Below, in pieces: positions 38,889 to 42,078 of a stretch of DNA of 42,078 nucleotides. Below the pieces are notes generated by a model. The model was not told the DNA's origin and ran no database searches. It saw only the letters and a program-made list of their open reading frames with translations. Position numbers and translations under genes: made by a program. The stretch is from an uncultured Lachnospiraceae bacterium (GTDB taxonomy: Bacteria; Bacillota; Clostridia; Lachnospirales; Lachnospiraceae). The number at the start of each line of letters is the position of its first letter. Position 1 is the stretch's first letter. The stretch covers positions 1 to 42,078 of the forward strand of contig CAMWUP010000001.1 in the NCBI GenBank assembly GCA_947177465.1, written 5' to 3'.

Positions 38889-38936
38889 AGTTAAATACAT
38901 CTTCAACCAGTAGATTAAACCGGCAGAATGAAACTG

Positions 38937-39725
38937 CTACTTTAAAAGCGTCTCGTATTTAAAATGTGACATTGACTGTTTCAACAGCAGTACGGCAAGG
39001 AGAGCGCATACAATGCCGAGGGCAAGCAGAATCCCTGCGTTTATCAGCAAAACGCCGGTAAACTGTCCTACCAGCAGCATAATAATGGGAAATATGAGGA
39101 AAACAGCGCCCTGCTGCGCGTCCTCTACGCTCTGTGCCTTGGCGGAGGCTTTGACAATCAGTGTGATGGCAATCAGTGAAATGGCAGGTGCGACCAACAC
39201 CAGGACGAGCAGCCATTTGGCGTCCGGCAGAAGAAAGAAGCCTGCCAGAAGACAGATTTCTGTTTCCAGTACGACGAACATTACGACGAAGGAAATGGCG
39301 GAGACAAGCATACTGAGCAGGAAAGCCGCCAGTACCTTGGCACGGAAAATTTGTTTTAAGGACAAAGGGCAGTATAAGAGCGTTTCCAGCGTCTTTTTTT
39401 CTTTTTCCCCCACAAAGGAACATGCTGCCATAACCGATGCCGCCATGATGGGAATCATCATGAAAAATATAGGCAGTATGTTGTTTAATACGAGGCGAAG
39501 TATGCTTTCGGAAGAAGCTTCCGCCTGCTCCGGCAGAGGAAGCATGGCAAGTAGTTTTTGAAAGTCGGCAGCTTCCGCCGGGGCAAAACGGACTATAAGA
39601 ATAAACATAGTGGGAATGAAGACTGTCAGAACGATGGGAACGACCAGCAGAATGGCAAACATCCGTCGATTAGAGATGATTCCCAGTATATCCTTTTTGA
39701 TAATGGCAGTTATTTGATTTTTCAC
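38937..39725 (-). CDS. ABC-2 type transporter permease
   Basis: Multiple TM segments; SFVGEKEKKTLETLLYCP. Confidence 0.92.
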   Translation of the reverse strand: MKNQITAIIKKDILGIISNRRMFAILLVVPIVLTVFIPTMFILIVRFAPAEAADFQKLLAMLPLPEQAEASSESILRLVLNNILPIFFMMIPIMAASVMAACSFVGEKEKKTLETLLYCPLSLKQIFRAKVLAAFLLSMLVSAISFVVMFVVLETEICLLAGFFLLPDAKWLLVLVLVAPAISLIAITLIVKASAKAQSVEDAQQGAVFLIFPIIMLLVGQFTGVLLINAGILLALGIVCALLAVLLLKQSMSHFKYETLLK

Positions 39726-39787
39726 TTTTTACCTCCTTGCGTGCTTTGGCACGCATACGAATCAATATTAGGAAATTTATTTCCGGC

Positions 39788-40714
39788 TTATGCTTCTTTG
39801 TCCGCTTCGGGGGACTTAAAGCTTTCAGTAAGGGTAAAATAAATATCTTCCAGAGACGGCAATTCGGCGGAAATGTGATAAATTTGCCCCCCTGCGTCGG
39901 TGATTTTGCGGACGAACTGCGGAATTTCCTCCTCAGAATTGATTGGGAGTTTGAAGGTAAGGTCGTCTGTCTGTTGGCAGACAAGATCGGCAGGAAGGTT
40001 TTTGGCCTTTAGTTTCATTGTCATGCCGGAGCATATTCTGCAGCGCAGCGCATCGAGTGTTCCTTCTGCAAGAAGCCGTCCCTGCGCCATAAGACCATAG
40101 CGGGTGCAGACCTCTTGTGCATAACGGAGCTGATGGGTGCAGAGAAAAACGGTGATGCCGTTTTCGGCAGCCAGACGACGTATCATGGAATGGACATTCT
40201 GCGCACTTTCCGGATCAAGACCGGATGTGGGTTCGTCTAAAAACAGAATCTGTGGACGATGAATCAAAGCGCGTGCAAGAGAAAGGCGCTGCCGCATACC
40301 GGTTGAATAGGCGGCAAGCTTCTTGTCTTTTGCGTCGGTAAGCTCCAGCTGTCTTAATAGCTCCAGACCGTATTTCTCACTGTCAGTCTTGCTGAGTCCG
40401 AATACGGAGCCGTAAAATACAAGGTTCTGGATGCCGGTCAGGTTATCATACATCTGTGCATGTTCCGTGACGACACCGGCGAGGGCGTGCACTTTTTCCG
40501 GATTTTGGGAAGGGTCAATTCCAAATACGCTTAAAGCGCCTTCTGTGGGGGATAACATGCCGTTGAGCAGTTTTACGGTGGTGGTTTTGCCTGCTCCGTT
40601 GGGACCTAAAAAGCCGAACACTTCGCCCTGCGACAGGCTTAAGGTTACGGAATCGACGGCTTTTTTGCCGCCGGTATAGATTTTGGATAAAGTATTCAAG
40701 GTGACTGCATTCAT
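39788..40714 (-). CDS. ABC transporter ATP-binding protein
   Basis: GPNGAGKTT, YSTGMRQR, LFLDEPTSGLD. Confidence 0.95.
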   Translation of the reverse strand: MNAVTLNTLSKIYTGGKKAVDSVTLSLSQGEVFGFLGPNGAGKTTTVKLLNGMLSPTEGALSVFGIDPSQNPEKVHALAGVVTEHAQMYDNLTGIQNLVFYGSVFGLSKTDSEKYGLELLRQLELTDAKDKKLAAYSTGMRQRLSLARALIHRPQILFLDEPTSGLDPESAQNVHSMIRRLAAENGITVFLCTHQLRYAQEVCTRYGLMAQGRLLAEGTLDALRCRICSGMTMKLKAKNLPADLVCQQTDDLTFKLPINSEEEIPQFVRKITDAGGQIYHISAELPSLEDIYFTLTESFKSPEADKEA

Positions 40715-40737
40715 AATAATCTCCTTTTTACAACGAT

Positions 40738-41850
40738 TTATCGAGAGCCGTTTCTAAGCCGGCGAAGGATAGTCTGGAATTGCGCATGATTTGCAAAAGG
40801 GGCAAAAACGGGGTTGTCTGCAATGGAATCTATCATGCTTTTTCGGACGATGGATTCATCTCTGGGCAAATCGCTTCCCAGAGCAAGGTTATCCTCCAGC
40901 CAGCCGTCGAGAAGATTGAAATAGGAATCCCCATGAAGCTTCAGCGGATAAATATCGGACAAAACCAGTTCAGTGTAGCGCTCCAACATGACAAACGTCT
41001 GTTCTTCATTTCCCTGCTTTGCAAATTCCTGCGCAAGGTAAATGTATGCCGACAACAAAATGCTGGGATGCAGAGTTTTCAATTCAAAGATTTCCGCAGT
41101 GGCAAGTATGCGCCTGTGGGATTCTTTAAAGGAAGCAGTATCCTCTCCGCACAGCCCCATATAAGGGAGCATCAGATTAATCAAAGAGAGGAGGGACTGG
41201 TAAATACCTGCCTGCAGCGTACGCTTTGCCTCTGTCAGATTTCCTTTCATCTGAAAAGCAGACGCTAGCAGCGGCTCCGGCGACATCGTAAGCGCTGTAT
41301 GCGTGGAGAGCAGTGAGAGAACCTCGTCGCTTCGTCCAAGCTGAACCAGACAGAAAGCTTTCATGTTCATCGCCTGTGTCTGTAATATGACATCCTGACT
41401 TTCCTCTCTGACGCGGATAAAAAGCTCGATAGCTTCTTCTAGTGTATGGGAAAACGCTTCGGGCGAGCCTGCCAGCATGGAATGGTTCACATAGAGACTG
41501 CCAATCTGAAACAGAAGCGGAGCGCAGGCAAAGTATTTCATTACAATTTCACGGCAATGCCCCATAACCTCTTCAAAAGGTTTTTCAGAAAAATCACGGC
41601 ATAGCTGCCGGTAAAGGCGGCGGATATCCTTCTTTGTCATCTGCGGCTCATAGCCAATCAAATCGTCGATGCTGATATTAAAAAAAGTGGCAAGCCGTGG
41701 CAGTAGCGTAATATCGGGATAGGTGGTGCCGGTTTCCCATTTGGAGACGGAAGCCTTGGAAACGCCCATGTATTCCGCCAGTGCTTCCTGCGTGATGCCA
41801 CGTTTGCGGCGGTTTTTGATTAGATTTGCCCCAATGTTTAGTTCCTTCAT
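40738..41850 (-). CDS. XRE-family transcriptional regulator with TPR-like C-terminus
   Basis: TQEALAEYMGVSKASVSKWETG..PDI. Confidence 0.9.
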   Translation of the reverse strand: MKELNIGANLIKNRRKRGITQEALAEYMGVSKASVSKWETGTTYPDITLLPRLATFFNISIDDLIGYEPQMTKKDIRRLYRQLCRDFSEKPFEEVMGHCREIVMKYFACAPLLFQIGSLYVNHSMLAGSPEAFSHTLEEAIELFIRVREESQDVILQTQAMNMKAFCLVQLGRSDEVLSLLSTHTALTMSPEPLLASAFQMKGNLTEAKRTLQAGIYQSLLSLINLMLPYMGLCGEDTASFKESHRRILATAEIFELKTLHPSILLSAYIYLAQEFAKQGNEEQTFVMLERYTELVLSDIYPLKLHGDSYFNLLDGWLEDNLALGSDLPRDESIVRKSMIDSIADNPVFAPFANHAQFQTILRRLRNGSR

Positions 41851-41939
41851 GATAATACTCCGTTTTTTGTTTTGGCAGGTATAAAGTCAATGAGAAAAGT
41901 ATTTACGCCTGCCCTGTGAGATTTTGTATGTATGGTAGT

Positions 41940-41968
41940 ATTATAAATTTTGGGCATGGATATTACAA
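41940..41968 (-). promoter_or_regulatory. Sigma-A-like promoter for the XRE-ABC operon
   Basis: Minus strand TTGTAA-17-TATAAT. Confidence 0.5.
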
Positions 41969-42078
41969 TGGATTAAAAAGCAATAAAAGTTGAAAAAGTT
42001 GCAAGATGGGAACTCTAAAGAGAAGCTAGGGTAAAGTTTTTGTAGGAAAAAGAATAGAAGAAATAGGAAAGCACCTTT

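Larger units (their letters stand above)
24000..38930 (+). other. AT-rich genomic island carrying a Ter-type stress/defence locus
   Basis: Visible shift to A/T-ending codons versus both flanks; IS scar at left; 13 co-oriented genes; boundaries approximate, no att repeats seen. Confidence 0.7.

Noticed and set aside
38937-41850. XRE-ABC operon as part of the Ter system
   Set aside because: Opposite strand, backbone-like composition, common stand-alone module

Overview
Chromosomal window from a Firmicute, most likely Lachnospiraceae (inferred from gene content, order and RBS/promoter style). 1-14660 is ordinary backbone: LysR/GNAT, pfkA, TrmH methylase, proC, SH3/SleB hydrolase, nfeD-SPFH, argF, birA, coaX, dusB, greA, lysS. 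After lysS lies a decayed accessory region (14.7-19.5 kb) with a class B sortase fragment, an AAA+ ATPase, GNATs, fused gene fragments and a nucleotidyltransferase. A truncated GH32/GH32/PfkB fructan-sucrose module and a CofE-like ligase follow. The most notable element is a visibly AT-richer, 13-gene, single-strand island (~24.0-38.9 kb), preceded by an IS3 scar, a palindrome-covered promoter and a dead XRE gene. It encodes a Ca2+ P-type ATPase, two TerD proteins, a TerY-P triad in rearranged order (kinase-vWA-PP2C), a cytosolic Zn-ribbon/BspA-LRR protein, a cytosolic transglutaminase-like protein, the Ter nucleoside-like biosynthesis module (HAD, C-C lyase, PRTase-TRSP, StiP/PELOTA) and a small membrane protein. 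It is a candidate Ca2+/phosphorylation-linked stress or anti-phage system with an LRR sensor. The individual modules are known; whether the combination is new needs a database search. The window ends with an XRE-ABC transporter operon on the minus strand. All family calls come from motif recognition, not from searches.
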